A DNA stretch of 64,000 nucleotides from a virus, in IMG/VR virus record IMGVR_UViG_3300031521_000009, one strand, 5' to 3'. Within the stretch, counting starts at the first letter, position 1; each line of letters starts with the position of its first letter. Shown one piece after another: positions 27,096-37,845 of the stretch. Made by a program: the position numbers and the translations under genes. The notes beneath the pieces were generated by a model. It was not told the DNA's origin and searched no databases. It worked only from the letters and a program-made list of their open reading frames with translations.

Positions 27096-27593
27096 ATGGC
27101 AAAAATTTGTAAACACGAAACATGTACCATGCCCGTTTTTTCTCACCAATTCTGCAAAAACCATCAGTATTTACGTACTGATGATAAAGCACAGAAAGTA
27201 AGAACAGCAATAACTATTTCAATCAATACGAAGAGTAAAGCTGTAAAACCTAAGTTTCGGCAGCCGACTGGTGAACTTTCAATTTTTAAAGAAGTATGGA
27301 ATGAACGCCCACATGTTTCAGAACTAAGTGGTGATAAACTATATTTCTTTGATATCAATAATTTTCATCATTTGCTTACTAAGAAAACATATAAGAAATT
27401 TCGGTTGTACAAACCAAATATCATTCTTCTTACAAAGAGTGAACACTTTCAGATACATAATGTAGCTCAAAGTGTGCTTGTATCACAAGATAGCAGATGG
27501 CAGAAAGTATTTGATAAATATCAACAACTAAAAGAGAATTACAACTATGGCCGAGAAACGGAATTACAACAGAAAACCACCATTACCGGCTAA
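27096..27593 (+). CDS. NinG/HNH-like nuclease
   Basis: N-terminal C..C...C..H and WNERPHVSELSG...FHHLLTK...NIILLT..EH. Confidence 0.6.
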   Translation: MAKICKHETCTMPVFSHQFCKNHQYLRTDDKAQKVRTAITISINTKSKAVKPKFRQPTGELSIFKEVWNERPHVSELSGDKLYFFDINNFHHLLTKKTYKKFRLYKPNIILLTKSEHFQIHNVAQSVLVSQDSRWQKVFDKYQQLKENYNYGRETELQQKTTITG

Positions 27594-29052
27594 TGATTTT
27601 GGTAAGCTCCCACCGCAAGATATTGAATTTGAAAAAGCAATTCTTTCAACAGTCATTAATTATCCTGATAATTTGGGTTTTGTGCTTTCTATCATTAAAC
27701 CTCAATGTCTTTATAAAGTAACGCATCAAAATATACTAGAAACATTAATGGGAATGTCTGAACAAGAGATTCCCATTGATAATACTACTCTTGTGCATGC
27801 TTTACGTAAAAATGAAATGATTGATGATGTAGGTGGTCCATATGCAATAATAATACTTGCTGGTGAACCTCATTCACAACAGAACCTGGAATACTATTGC
27901 TATGTGATATTTGAAATGTATGTTCGACGTACTATGATTGAACTGTTCTCAAATGAAATCAATAACTTATATAAATACGATATAGATATTAAAGAAATCT
28001 ATGAACGTGTTTACGAAGAGTTAGAGAAGATATTTGAGAACTTCAATGATAAACAGATTAAGCACATGAAGAACTCGGTTGATAAGGCTATTAATGAAAT
28101 TCAGAACTACTCTAGTGGTAAAGATATTTCATACCTAAGAACTGGGTTTAAATTGCTTGATGAACATGTATATCTTGCTCCTAAGTTTATCCTTGGTATT
28201 GCAGCATCGCGTGGTGCCGGTAAAACCAGATTCCTTATTGAACTTATGCGTTCGATATTTGAAATCAATCCGGAAGATGTAGCTGCTCTATGGTATTCAA
28301 TGGAAGATAGCGATACAAAGATTATTAGACTGTTCGCTGCAAAGAAAACAGGACTCACTGAGGCACAAATGCAAGGTAAAGGGTACAAACTATCCAATGA
28401 CGAATTAAAGTCCGTTACAGGAGAGATAAACAAGTTTTCTAAGTATGATATAGATTTTGTAAATGAGCAAGAAACAATGTCAACCATATCGCGAACTTTC
28501 AATCGATTCATAAAGAAAAGAGAAAAGAAAGTGTGTTTTCTGATTATTGACAATATCATGCTTATTGATGATTTGTATAACAGCCCAGCCGGTTCCAACC
28601 AGATTCAAATTGAAGATAAAGTTGCGGCCAGTATTCGTGCTATCGTAAACAATGCCGATAAGAAAGGACATAAAGCTATTGTGATATTCTTGCACCACAT
28701 GACAAAAGAAATGGAGAGTAAGAACAATTTCGAAGAAGCATATCGTCCTAAGCTTAGTCATATGAAAGGAACCACTCGTTTTGCAGATGTTGCTAATGGT
28801 ATTATTCTATTGAATAATCCGGGCATGCATAAAGACCTTATAAAAAAGCATTCTTCTCTTCCGGATATCAACTGTATCAATTCAAATGGTACTTCTATGT
28901 TCGTAAAAAGAGAAAAGCTTTTAAAGAATATGCTTATTGCTGAGGTGGCAAAGAATAGAGATGGTGATATGTCTGACGACTCTAAAGCTGTCCAACGATG
29001 GATAGTTGATTTCGGTACTATGAAGTTTAATGAATTAAATACTCAAAAATAA
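27547..29052 (+). CDS. dnaB: Replicative DNA helicase DnaB
   Basis: Bacteroidota-like N-terminus GKLPPQDIEFEKAIL, Walker A ASRGAGKT, SMED, IIDN, RPKLSHMKGT, VAKNRDG. Confidence 0.88.
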   Translation: MAEKRNYNRKPPLPANDFGKLPPQDIEFEKAILSTVINYPDNLGFVLSIIKPQCLYKVTHQNILETLMGMSEQEIPIDNTTLVHALRKNEMIDDVGGPYAIIILAGEPHSQQNLEYYCYVIFEMYVRRTMIELFSNEINNLYKYDIDIKEIYERVYEELEKIFENFNDKQIKHMKNSVDKAINEIQNYSSGKDISYLRTGFKLLDEHVYLAPKFILGIAASRGAGKTRFLIELMRSIFEINPEDVAALWYSMEDSDTKIIRLFAAKKTGLTEAQMQGKGYKLSNDELKSVTGEINKFSKYDIDFVNEQETMSTISRTFNRFIKKREKKVCFLIIDNIMLIDDLYNSPAGSNQIQIEDKVAASIRAIVNNADKKGHKAIVIFLHHMTKEMESKNNFEEAYRPKLSHMKGTTRFADVANGIILLNNPGMHKDLIKKHSSLPDINCINSNGTSMFVKREKLLKNMLIAEVAKNRDGDMSDDSKAVQRWIVDFGTMKFNELNTQK

Positions 29053-30458
29053 TGGGAAAATATAAAGTTGAAATAGCATATACATTTTTGTGTGAATTTG
29101 AAATTGAGGCTGATACTAAAATTGAAGCTAAAGAATTTGGATTAAAACATTGTGGTGCTGTTCGTCCAGATTATCAATCTACAATTACAAGTGAATGGTG
29201 TGGTAATAATCATCCAAATACTGAAGTTGTAAAATCAATAAAAAAGATATAATGAGTAAGATTGATGGTAATGTACCAAAACGTTTTCCTAACACTAAAA
29301 AGGATTACGTAAAGTATCTGAATGAGCTTGGTGAATCTCTTGGTGATGATGAATTTATCATTGCTGGCATAATGCGTAAAAGAAGAGATAACTATGGACA
29401 ACTAATTAAAGACAATGATCCGACAGCTTTCAATCTTAGTTACAATGAATGGAAATTAAATCAAAAATAAATGGAAAAAATAATTTATTTGAAAAATGGT
29501 GAACGTGCAATACTTCATCAAGAATTGGCAATTAATGAATTTGTTGTCGAAAAACTTTATCTATATAATGATCGTCATGATGAAGATGGTAGTGGGGAAC
29601 CGTACGAAGAACCATCAGGAATGAAAATTATTGTAGATAAGATATTTGATACAGCACCAATTCAATCTATTGATAAGTTGTATGCTGATAAGTATAAAGC
29701 TTTTGAAAAATTGAGTGTATCTGTAAGAACACTTACATCCGAGTTGCAAACTTTACGAAATGATGTTTATAAAGAAAAAGTTATTCAAACTAACTTATCT
29801 AAGTTGATTTTTAATAAATCACAATTAAAAACAGCTAAAACAATTCATTATTTTATTGATGATAAAATCATGCCTGAACTTATGACTGATTATGCCAAAC
29901 AAAGCATGAAAATGACATTAGAAGTATCTGTGTATTCTGATTCAATACGTGCATGGAGTTATAGACTTTATGTAAATGATAATTCATGGGGTTCATCAGA
30001 TAAAGTTGATGATACGTATGGTTTTTTATTTGATCTTACAGATGAAGAATTAGATAAGGCAATTATTGAACGTGTAAAGACAAAGCAAGCAAAAGATTTT
30101 TATGCTGGTTATTTATCTCAAATTGATAATAAATATCTTACTGATGAACTTATTCAAATTAAAGATAAATTCAAATCAGACCAAGTAGAAAAACAAATTG
30201 CTGAATGTCGAAAAACTATTGAATTAAAAACAACTGAATTAAATCTTTTATTAGATAAATAAAGAAATGGAAAACGCGTATAAAATTGTAGTAAGCAAAG
30301 TGTATTACATTACTCACGAAGAAGCACGTCAACGCAAAAACAATAGCGAAACAGAACGTGAATGTGCAAAACGTCTTGCTCTACGTAATATGGAAGAAGA
30401 TGGCCGTAATGGGTTCCTAGAACCTTATGAAGATAACTTTAAAGTAGAACTAACATAA
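29052..30458 (+). CDS. Four hypothetical genes (29052-29252, 29252-29470, 29471-30262, 30267-30458)
   Basis: Tightly coupled ORFs with no recognisable motifs. Confidence 0.65.
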
Positions 30459-30469
30459 TAACACAAAGT

Positions 30470-31360
30470 ATGAAAACTTTCGATTTCAAATCAAACAATG
30501 TTCAAGAAATGGAACTTGATGTTCTAAAACAAACTTACCATGAAAAAAACTTCGATGGTAAACCCTCTTTCAATGGTATCTATCACTATGAGCTTATTGA
30601 ACGTATTGGTGCTATAATAGCAAAAAACAATATGGATTTCAATATTGAATCAATCTTTGCCGCTAACAATAAAAAGGCCGGTCGTGATGGTGTATCAGTA
30701 TCAAAAGAATTAGAAGCTCAGTATGGAGATAATTCTATTCAAGCGCATGTTCTTCGTCGCGTATTTACTACGATCCGAATTAATGATTTGGAAGATGATG
30801 AAACGAACACCGGTCTTGTCGTTGCATTCCACCAAGATGGCATTCAAATAGCTATTGGTCCTAACGTAAAGATTTGTCATAACCAATGTATTTTGGCAGC
30901 CGACAGAATGATTTCTACCTATGGTGGAGATGGTAAGATTAAAGACCTGGATAAAGTATTTCAAATCATTGATGATTGGATGCAGAACTTCACTGAGCAA
31001 CGTTCACATGACCAAAAGATAATATCACGTATGAAAGCTATTGAAGTTACGTACAATAATACTATGGCGCTTATTGGCCGGTTGAATACCATACGTGTTG
31101 TAAAGGATTCTTCTGAAAAGTCATTGAAGAAACTTGAAGCAAATGTGGGTAGAAACTACCCTCTCAATCAAACACAGATTTCTACATTTGTTGAGAACTA
31201 TCTATTGGAATGTATCAAGCGTGATTCTACCAATATGAGTTTGTGGGATATCTACAATATCTCTACTGAATTGTATAAGCCAGGTCAAACTGACTTTAGC
31301 AATATAATTGGGCAAAACATCGCCTGGAGTGAGTTTTTATCAAAAGAATACAATTTGTAG
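30470..31360 (+). CDS. DUF932/DUF3871-like protein
   Basis: IQIAIGPNVKICHNQCI and SLWDIYN..TELYK motifs. Confidence 0.5.
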   Translation: MKTFDFKSNNVQEMELDVLKQTYHEKNFDGKPSFNGIYHYELIERIGAIIAKNNMDFNIESIFAANNKKAGRDGVSVSKELEAQYGDNSIQAHVLRRVFTTIRINDLEDDETNTGLVVAFHQDGIQIAIGPNVKICHNQCILAADRMISTYGGDGKIKDLDKVFQIIDDWMQNFTEQRSHDQKIISRMKAIEVTYNNTMALIGRLNTIRVVKDSSEKSLKKLEANVGRNYPLNQTQISTFVENYLLECIKRDSTNMSLWDIYNISTELYKPGQTDFSNIIGQNIAWSEFLSKEYNL

Positions 31361-31361
31361 C

Positions 31362-31967
31362 ATGAAAGACGTAAATATTGAAAATGCTTTTATAGTATTG
31401 AAAGGTGATCATATGTCAAATGACATTGAGCTTGGTACTATTTTTCTTGAATGCAAATGTGATCGATACAAATTGAATGTTCTTTCTTATGAACGTAAAT
31501 TCAAAGATGGAAATACTATTTTTGAATTAGATGTTGAAAATCCAAATGATTTTGTAGCTGATGTATTTAGAAACAATGAAGTATCAGTTAGTTATTGGAC
31601 TAAGAATGCAACCGGCCCATTTATTATCGGTATGATGCCAGTTATTTTATTTGATGGAACTATTCATTATCTTCCATTCAATCAATTTGCAGAAGAGAAG
31701 CTATATATGGCTCCCGGCAATCATTTATGGATGGCATTGACAATAGTAAAATACAAAAGCTGTACTGCTACTTTTGGTGAAGGACCTGGTTGGGCGACTA
31801 TCTACAGTATCGATAGCTATCAAGAAGGACAAGGACATGCTCAGGAGCTACTTATTCAAGCAAAAGCATATTACTCCTTACTTGAGAAAGAAATGGCTTC
31901 TACAGTAGCTTTAAACTCTACTATGGAACATATCTTGGAAAAACTTTCTATTAAAGAGTACAAATAA
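31362..31967 (+). CDS. Protein with C-terminal GNAT acetyltransferase-like domain
   Basis: Likely start 31362. IYSIDSYQEGQGHAQELL resembles the acetyl-CoA-binding motif A. Confidence 0.55.
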   Translation: MKDVNIENAFIVLKGDHMSNDIELGTIFLECKCDRYKLNVLSYERKFKDGNTIFELDVENPNDFVADVFRNNEVSVSYWTKNATGPFIIGMMPVILFDGTIHYLPFNQFAEEKLYMAPGNHLWMALTIVKYKSCTATFGEGPGWATIYSIDSYQEGQGHAQELLIQAKAYYSLLEKEMASTVALNSTMEHILEKLSIKEYK

Positions 31968-32014
31968 TTAGCGAATTGTTTGGTAAACTTATAGAATTGT
32001 CTTTTCTTTGTATC

Positions 32015-32400
32015 GTTATTAATGGTAGATACAAGGACATATAAAAGAAATTAAGGCTATTCTCGGCTATGCTGAAAGCCTTTGAAACCTCTGACATCGT
32101 ATCTACCAGGATTTGTCAGGGGTTTCTCTTTTATAGTCTATCGGTGTATAATGTACGTTTGGCTATAATCGTAAATCTTCTAAAAGGAAATGGTGTGCGA
32201 TAAGAAGAATGGAGCCAGATTAATCCATGTACCAGTGATACAACACTGAAAGTAATCAAAGTAGAGCATTTGTATTATTACTCTGCCCTGAAAGCGAACG
32301 ACCGACTGCCGGACTGCCTACGCTTAGAAAGGATAACCCTTTCACAACATTTTAATATGGTTGTGGGTAAGGGGTACTTATATCCTTTCTTCTCACTCCC
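32015..32400 (+). ncRNA. Large structured non-coding RNA candidate
   Basis: ORF-free gap of about 520 nt, downstream of a TTTG-N20-TTTCTTTG promoter-like site. Contains many long stems and a 10-bp pseudoknot. Confidence 0.65.
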
Positions 32401-32485
32401 TCCTTTAAAACTGTCTAATTATATACTTATTTAATATATAATATATCTATAAGTATAAGTTTATAATAATATATAATAGTATACG

Positions 32486-33151
32486 TTGAAAACTTTTTAT
32501 TTCTTTACTGATGGTGCATCAGAACCTACAAATCCAGGGCCTTCCGCTAGTGCTTTTTGTGAACTCTCCGATTATCACGATAACCGTGAATTATATTCTG
32601 AATCTATTTTTCTTGGATATGCTACAAATAATATTGCTGAATTAAAAGCAATAGATATTTTATTTGATTATATCATTCTCAATTCTAATAAATATCTTTC
32701 TTTAGAAAATATCATTTATGTTTATGCTGACAGTCAATATGCACTTGATTGTATTCGTAAATGGTATCCTGAATGGGTAAGAAAGAATAAATTGAAAGAT
32801 AAAAAGAATTTAGAACTAATTAAAAGCATATACATAAAATATATTCAGATAACTGCATTATCAAACATAAAACTTGATTGGGTAAAAGCTCATAATGGTC
32901 ATTGGGGTAATGAAAGAGCTGATGAGTTATGCGTAAAACAGTGTTTAGACAATGCAGGAAAGATTATTGTATCTAAAACTATGCAATCACCTACTGAACA
33001 ATTTAATGCTCTTATACGTGAATCAAATATGCTTAATCAATCTATCAATAATAATATAAAGACATTAAAATCTTTGTATGAAGAAATTGTTGGTGTAAAT
33101 ATAGATGAATACTTAATTCTATCAATGATAAAAGAAAAGAATATATTATGA
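32486..33151 (+). CDS. rnhA: Ribonuclease HI
   Basis: FTDGA..NPGP, TNNIAEL, ADSQY, WVKAHNGHWGNERADEL. TTG start. Confidence 0.93.
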   Translation: MKTFYFFTDGASEPTNPGPSASAFCELSDYHDNRELYSESIFLGYATNNIAELKAIDILFDYIILNSNKYLSLENIIYVYADSQYALDCIRKWYPEWVRKNKLKDKKNLELIKSIYIKYIQITALSNIKLDWVKAHNGHWGNERADELCVKQCLDNAGKIIVSKTMQSPTEQFNALIRESNMLNQSINNNIKTLKSLYEEIVGVNIDEYLILSMIKEKNIL

Positions 33152-34791
33152 ATGAAATTTCTAAAATTTATTTATCAAAAATTATTGCTTCCAATTTAAA
33201 TCCTAGGAAAGTAATAGATCAAAACTCTATAATTGAGTTAGCACAAAGTATTAAATCAGTAGGATTATTGCAACCTATTACTGTACGACTTCTTACAGAA
33301 GATAATCATTATGAAATTATAATGGGATATCGTCGATTTTGTGCATGTAAATATCTTGAAATGGAAACAATGCCATGTATCATTGTAGAAATGAATGATG
33401 AAGAAGCACTGGATGCAATGATCATTGAGAACTTACAACGCCAGAATATCGAACCTATGGATGAAGCGCGGGCATTTGCTGACCTAAATAACAAAGGTTG
33501 GACATTTGCTGATATTGCTGTAAAAGTTGGTAAGCCGGTTCAATTTGTAATGCATAGAATACGTTTACTTGAGCTTATTGCTGAGTTTGTAAAAATGTTT
33601 GATGAAAATGAATTATCTATTTCTCATGCTTATGAATTATGTAAGCTTGACAAAGATGTTCAGTTAGATATTTTCAAAACTCGTTACAGTGAAACAGCTG
33701 GTGATTACTATCGGTGGAATGACCTTAATCTAAAAGATTTGAAATCGAAAATACAAAATCTTGCAAAGAACTTAGACAATGCTTCTTTTAGCTTAGCTGA
33801 GTGTATTACTTGTCAGTTTTGTACTTCTAGTCATGGTTCTTTATTCCCGGACTACAAAATCAATTCTTGTACTAATGGCTTCTGTTATGATGAAAAAAGC
33901 TTTGAACATGGTATGAACAATATCATTCTTGCACATGAAGAAGATACTACTATTATGATTCGTTCATTAGGTACAAGTAATCGAGTTCTTGATAAGCTGA
34001 AAGAATTGAATATACCAGTTGTAGTGTTCAGTACCGATGAATACGATTTTGAGCATGATAATAGCGATGATCTATCCTTTCATGATAAAATGGTCAAGAA
34101 AGGATTTGAACTCGTGTATGGGCTTGATATATGGTCTGGTGGTGATAAGATATTCTATGTAAAAGCAAAGATTACCAAAAAAGATATCGCTGCTGCAGGA
34201 ACAGTTCATCCGGAACTTGTAAAGCTTGACAAAGACCTTGTTCGTAAAGAGGAAATCAAAGAGGAAAAGATTAATGCTGATCTTAGAAGTCTTATTTCCA
34301 GTAGTGATTATCGTGAGATAAGTACACCACTTCTTCCTATCGAAGAAACTGCTTTTATGGCTGTAGTATTCTATATGGCTTCCAATAGTAAATTAAAAGA
34401 GATAAGAGCAAAATTCAAGAAAGATTTGTCTTACATGGAAAACATACAAAACATGTTGCCCGAGGATATTATTACATTGAAACGGTGCTTTATAAAACAA
34501 TGTATTGTTGGAACAGAAGTAACTCATGATGCCGATGTTCAGAATATCCTTTCATCTATTTCGAATGTATTCTATTCAGATAAGTTTGGGGAGATTGTCA
34601 AAGAACATACGGCCACATGTAACAAACGTAAAGATCGTATTGCTATTCGTAAACAAGTTATTCTTGATGAAATTAATCCGGTAAAGAAAGAAGTTGTTGA
34701 GAAAGAAAAGAAAGTACCTACAAAAGAAAAAGAAGTGCCGGTTGTAGTAGAAGAAAATGAATATGTCAAATTTGGTAACATAGGAGAATAA
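33148..34791 (+). CDS. parB: ParB/RepB/Spo0J family protein
   Basis: NPRK..ELAQSIKSVGLLQPITVR..GYRRFCA..IIENLQR, plus an HTH. Confidence 0.88.
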   Translation: MNEISKIYLSKIIASNLNPRKVIDQNSIIELAQSIKSVGLLQPITVRLLTEDNHYEIIMGYRRFCACKYLEMETMPCIIVEMNDEEALDAMIIENLQRQNIEPMDEARAFADLNNKGWTFADIAVKVGKPVQFVMHRIRLLELIAEFVKMFDENELSISHAYELCKLDKDVQLDIFKTRYSETAGDYYRWNDLNLKDLKSKIQNLAKNLDNASFSLAECITCQFCTSSHGSLFPDYKINSCTNGFCYDEKSFEHGMNNIILAHEEDTTIMIRSLGTSNRVLDKLKELNIPVVVFSTDEYDFEHDNSDDLSFHDKMVKKGFELVYGLDIWSGGDKIFYVKAKITKKDIAAAGTVHPELVKLDKDLVRKEEIKEEKINADLRSLISSSDYREISTPLLPIEETAFMAVVFYMASNSKLKEIRAKFKKDLSYMENIQNMLPEDIITLKRCFIKQCIVGTEVTHDADVQNILSSISNVFYSDKFGEIVKEHTATCNKRKDRIAIRKQVILDEINPVKKEVVEKEKKVPTKEKEVPVVVEENEYVKFGNIGE

Positions 34792-35522
34792 TGTCAAAAC
34801 AAAGAATTTTATCAGAATGTACAGTAGTACAAAATCGCGTATATCTACCGGAAGAACAAATCGACCGTAAGCTTTATATGGAAGTTGCAAAAGCTTTAGA
34901 ACTTATCGGTGGTAAATGGACTGGTGGTAAAGTAAAGGCTTTTGTATTTGCTGAGGATCCAACAGATTTATTGGCAGAGATAGCCAGTGGTGAAAAACGG
35001 AACCTAAAGAAAGAACATCAATTCTTTGGTACTCCACCGGAACTTGCTGACAGACTTGTAGAGCTTGCTCAATTAAACAACTATGACCGTGTTCTAGAGC
35101 CTAGTGCCGGACAAGGTGCTATCGTTGAAGCAATGCAACGCAAATGGCATAATATCGTGCCTACATGTGTTGAGAATATGGGACTCAATTCTATTATTCT
35201 TACAAAGAAACAGATTACTCATTTCTTTCAAGACTTTCTTACTTCAGAATGTAATAGACCATTTGATAAGGTAATCGCTAATCCACCATTCACAAAGAAT
35301 CAGGATATTGATCATATCTATAAAATGGTTGAAGTCTGTAAGCCCGGTGGAATAGTAGTATCATGTGTTTCTAATCATTGGAGAGAATCAAATAATAAGA
35401 AAGAAACTGAGTTCAGAGCTTTTCTTGATGGTATGGGTGCTGTTATTGAAGAAATACCAGCTGGTACCTTTAAAGAAAGTGGAACTATGATTGCAGCATG
35501 TATCGCAATCATTCATGTATGA
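34791..35522 (+). CDS. N6-adenine DNA methyltransferase (class I SAM)
   Basis: FFGTP, VLEPSAGQG, IANPPF. Confidence 0.85.
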   Translation: MSKQRILSECTVVQNRVYLPEEQIDRKLYMEVAKALELIGGKWTGGKVKAFVFAEDPTDLLAEIASGEKRNLKKEHQFFGTPPELADRLVELAQLNNYDRVLEPSAGQGAIVEAMQRKWHNIVPTCVENMGLNSIILTKKQITHFFQDFLTSECNRPFDKVIANPPFTKNQDIDHIYKMVEVCKPGGIVVSCVSNHWRESNNKKETEFRAFLDGMGAVIEEIPAGTFKESGTMIAACIAIIHV

Positions 35523-36056
35523 CAAACGATAGTACCTTGAATAATGACCTATTTGCTATGTTTCAAGAGCAAGATGCCCTTGAATTTAGTAGATGGGTCA
35601 ATTCAGTAGAGAAGCATGTAAGTAAGATTAAAACGAAGCTATGCAAGTCATGCAACAAAAACAAATTAGAAGTAGTAAACATGCATAAAGCAGAATGTAC
35701 AAATTGTCAAACATTAAACTCATTTTAAAATGTCAGAAGAGAAATTTGATTTATGGTGTATGGTTGAATTATTCGGCCATAATAAGATTGCTGGTAAATG
35801 TACTGAGCAAAATATAGCAGGAACTAATATGCTTCGTGTAGATGTTCCAGAAACAACAAAACAACCGGCCTTTACTAAGTTCTATAATGGAACAGCTATT
35901 TATGCAATTAATCCAATTACTGAAGAAGTAGCTACTGATTTAGCAAATAGATTTGAAAGCACACCAGTATCAGTTTATGAAGTAAAAAATATGATTAAAC
36001 GTAATATATTAGAATTAGAAGAAAAAGAACCTTTACCATGGGAGGATGAAAAATGA
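35519..36056 (+). CDS. Two hypothetical genes (35519-35728 Zn ribbon; 35730-36056)
   Basis: CKSC/CTNC in the first. The second has a WCMVELFGH...MLRVDVP phage-type motif. Confidence 0.65.
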
Positions 36057-36315
36057 ACAAAGAAAATATTAAACGTGCAAATGAACTTGAAAAAGAAATA
36101 AAAGACCTTGAAGTATTAATTCCATACATTGATGCTTGTTTAAACAAATCAGAAGATGGATTTAATGGAATACAAATTGTTCTTTCATCATCTGGTTATG
36201 AAAAAAGCATATACAAAAATTCGTTCCTCAATTAATGCCGGTAATTGCTATAATAGCAAAAGATGAAATCAGAAAACAAATCACAGAAAAAGAAGCTGAA
36301 ATTGCAACACTTTAA
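36053..36315 (+). pseudogene. Frameshifted hypothetical gene
   Basis: Frame 0 stops at 36235. The -1 frame from the A6 run at 36201 continues KHIQKFVPQLMPVIAIIAKDEIRKQITEKEAEIATL to TAA 36315. Confidence 0.5.
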
Positions 36316-36325
36316 ATAACACAAC

Positions 36326-37804
36326 ATGTCACAAGAAATTAAAATTCATATCAAAAATTACAAACTTCTCAAAGAGGGAGAATGGGATTTATCAAATGGT
36401 ACTATCTTCTTCGCACAAGGCGGAAACAAAAAAGGTAAAACTTCTTTCTTGAATCTTATCCAAGCACTCATGGAAGTAAAAGATACTACTGTCAATCCAG
36501 TAACCTTTGGTGAGAAAGAAGGATTTGCTACCGGTACAATACCTGGCGCTGATGGTTTACAATACCAATTCCGTTATGACTTCAATATTGATGGAAAGAA
36601 CAAATTTCAGTTCATTGCTCCAGACAATAAAGTTGTCAAAGGAATTACTGAAATGCGCGCTATCTTCAACTATACTCACTTCACATTGGAAGAGTTCTTT
36701 GAATGGAGTAAAACAGAACCGGGCCGTGCTAAACAACGTGCTATCTTCATGAACTTACTTTCTGAGAAAGACCGTGAAGAGATTTTGAAAATTGATGCTC
36801 AGGTTCATCCAACCAAAGGTACAATGATTGACTCGCGCAAAGTATTGAATGCATCTGTTGACTTCTTGAAAAAGAGTATTGACAATATCGTATTCAATCC
36901 GGAACAACAAAAGCTTATTACTGATGCGCCGGCGATTCAAACTTTGTTTACTGAACTTACTGCTCGTAAAGAAGTAATTGATGAAACAATCAAAGGATTC
37001 GATACTTATCAAGTGAAGTTGGATGCAGAAAATGCAAAACTGGATCCATTAAAAAAATCGCATGATAAACAAGTGGAAAGTCTTACTAATTCTATTCGTT
37101 TTGCCAAAGAGGAAATTGAACGCCTTACCAAAGAGTTGGCAGCTGATGAAAAGAAATTGGAAACTGAGAATGCTGAGTACGAAACTTCTGAAAAAGCAAT
37201 CACTGCAGCAATCACTGAATTGAATACTAAGTTCGATGTAAAAGTACTTGAAGCTGCAAAATTGGAATTAGATGGTGATGGTACTGAAAAGAATATCGGT
37301 CTTGCTAAACGATTAGAGATTGGCCAAACAAAAATCAATCAGTATAATCAATTGGATGTATTGGTAAAACAAAAAGCAAAGAATGAAGAAGATTATAAGA
37401 AGAAGGAAAGTGAAGTTAGTGAGTTGGACGAGAAGATTACGACTCTCCGCACCAAGAAGAAGGAAATCATCAAAAACAGCCAGAACATGCCGGTTGGTTG
37501 GTCGATTGATGATGATTATGTTACTATCGATAATATTCCTTTTCTGGAAACTGATATTTGTAAGTCGGAAGCGACTGCTGCGATTGCTCAATTGATGATG
37601 CGCGTCAATAAGGCTCCATTGATGCTTATGGGCGATGCTGAGGCCTTGGGATATGAAGTACTCAATAAGCTTGAGGAAACAGCTAAAAGTCTTGGTAAGG
37701 TAATGCTATTCGCTGAACATGTTCGTTCTGCTGATGAAATGCAATTGGTTTGCTACGATGAAGTTGATCATGAAGTAAAGAAAGAAGAGAAAGAATTGTT
37801 TTAA
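36326..37804 (+). CDS. SMC/RecN-like ATPase with long coiled coil
   Basis: IKNYK, GGNKKGKTS Walker A, central coiled coil, C-terminal LMLMGDAEAL Walker B-like motif. Confidence 0.75.
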   Translation: MSQEIKIHIKNYKLLKEGEWDLSNGTIFFAQGGNKKGKTSFLNLIQALMEVKDTTVNPVTFGEKEGFATGTIPGADGLQYQFRYDFNIDGKNKFQFIAPDNKVVKGITEMRAIFNYTHFTLEEFFEWSKTEPGRAKQRAIFMNLLSEKDREEILKIDAQVHPTKGTMIDSRKVLNASVDFLKKSIDNIVFNPEQQKLITDAPAIQTLFTELTARKEVIDETIKGFDTYQVKLDAENAKLDPLKKSHDKQVESLTNSIRFAKEEIERLTKELAADEKKLETENAEYETSEKAITAAITELNTKFDVKVLEAAKLELDGDGTEKNIGLAKRLEIGQTKINQYNQLDVLVKQKAKNEEDYKKKESEVSELDEKITTLRTKKKEIIKNSQNMPVGWSIDDDYVTIDNIPFLETDICKSEATAAIAQLMMRVNKAPLMLMGDAEALGYEVLNKLEETAKSLGKVMLFAEHVRSADEMQLVCYDEVDHEVKKEEKELF

Positions 37805-37845
37805 TAACTAAAACCTAGTGCGGTATAGGTAAGCCAATAATAATT

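Noticed and set aside
32015-32400. Group I intron, retron msr-msd or OMEGA/HEARO RNA
   Set aside because: It does not interrupt a gene, and no RT, IscB, TnpB or HNH ORF is adjacent. Only a short TATAGTC resemblance to the group I S element.
37813-37835. Small hairpin ACCTA/TAGGT before the Tad2-like gene
   Set aside because: Only 5 bp with no U tract. Not distinguishable from chance.
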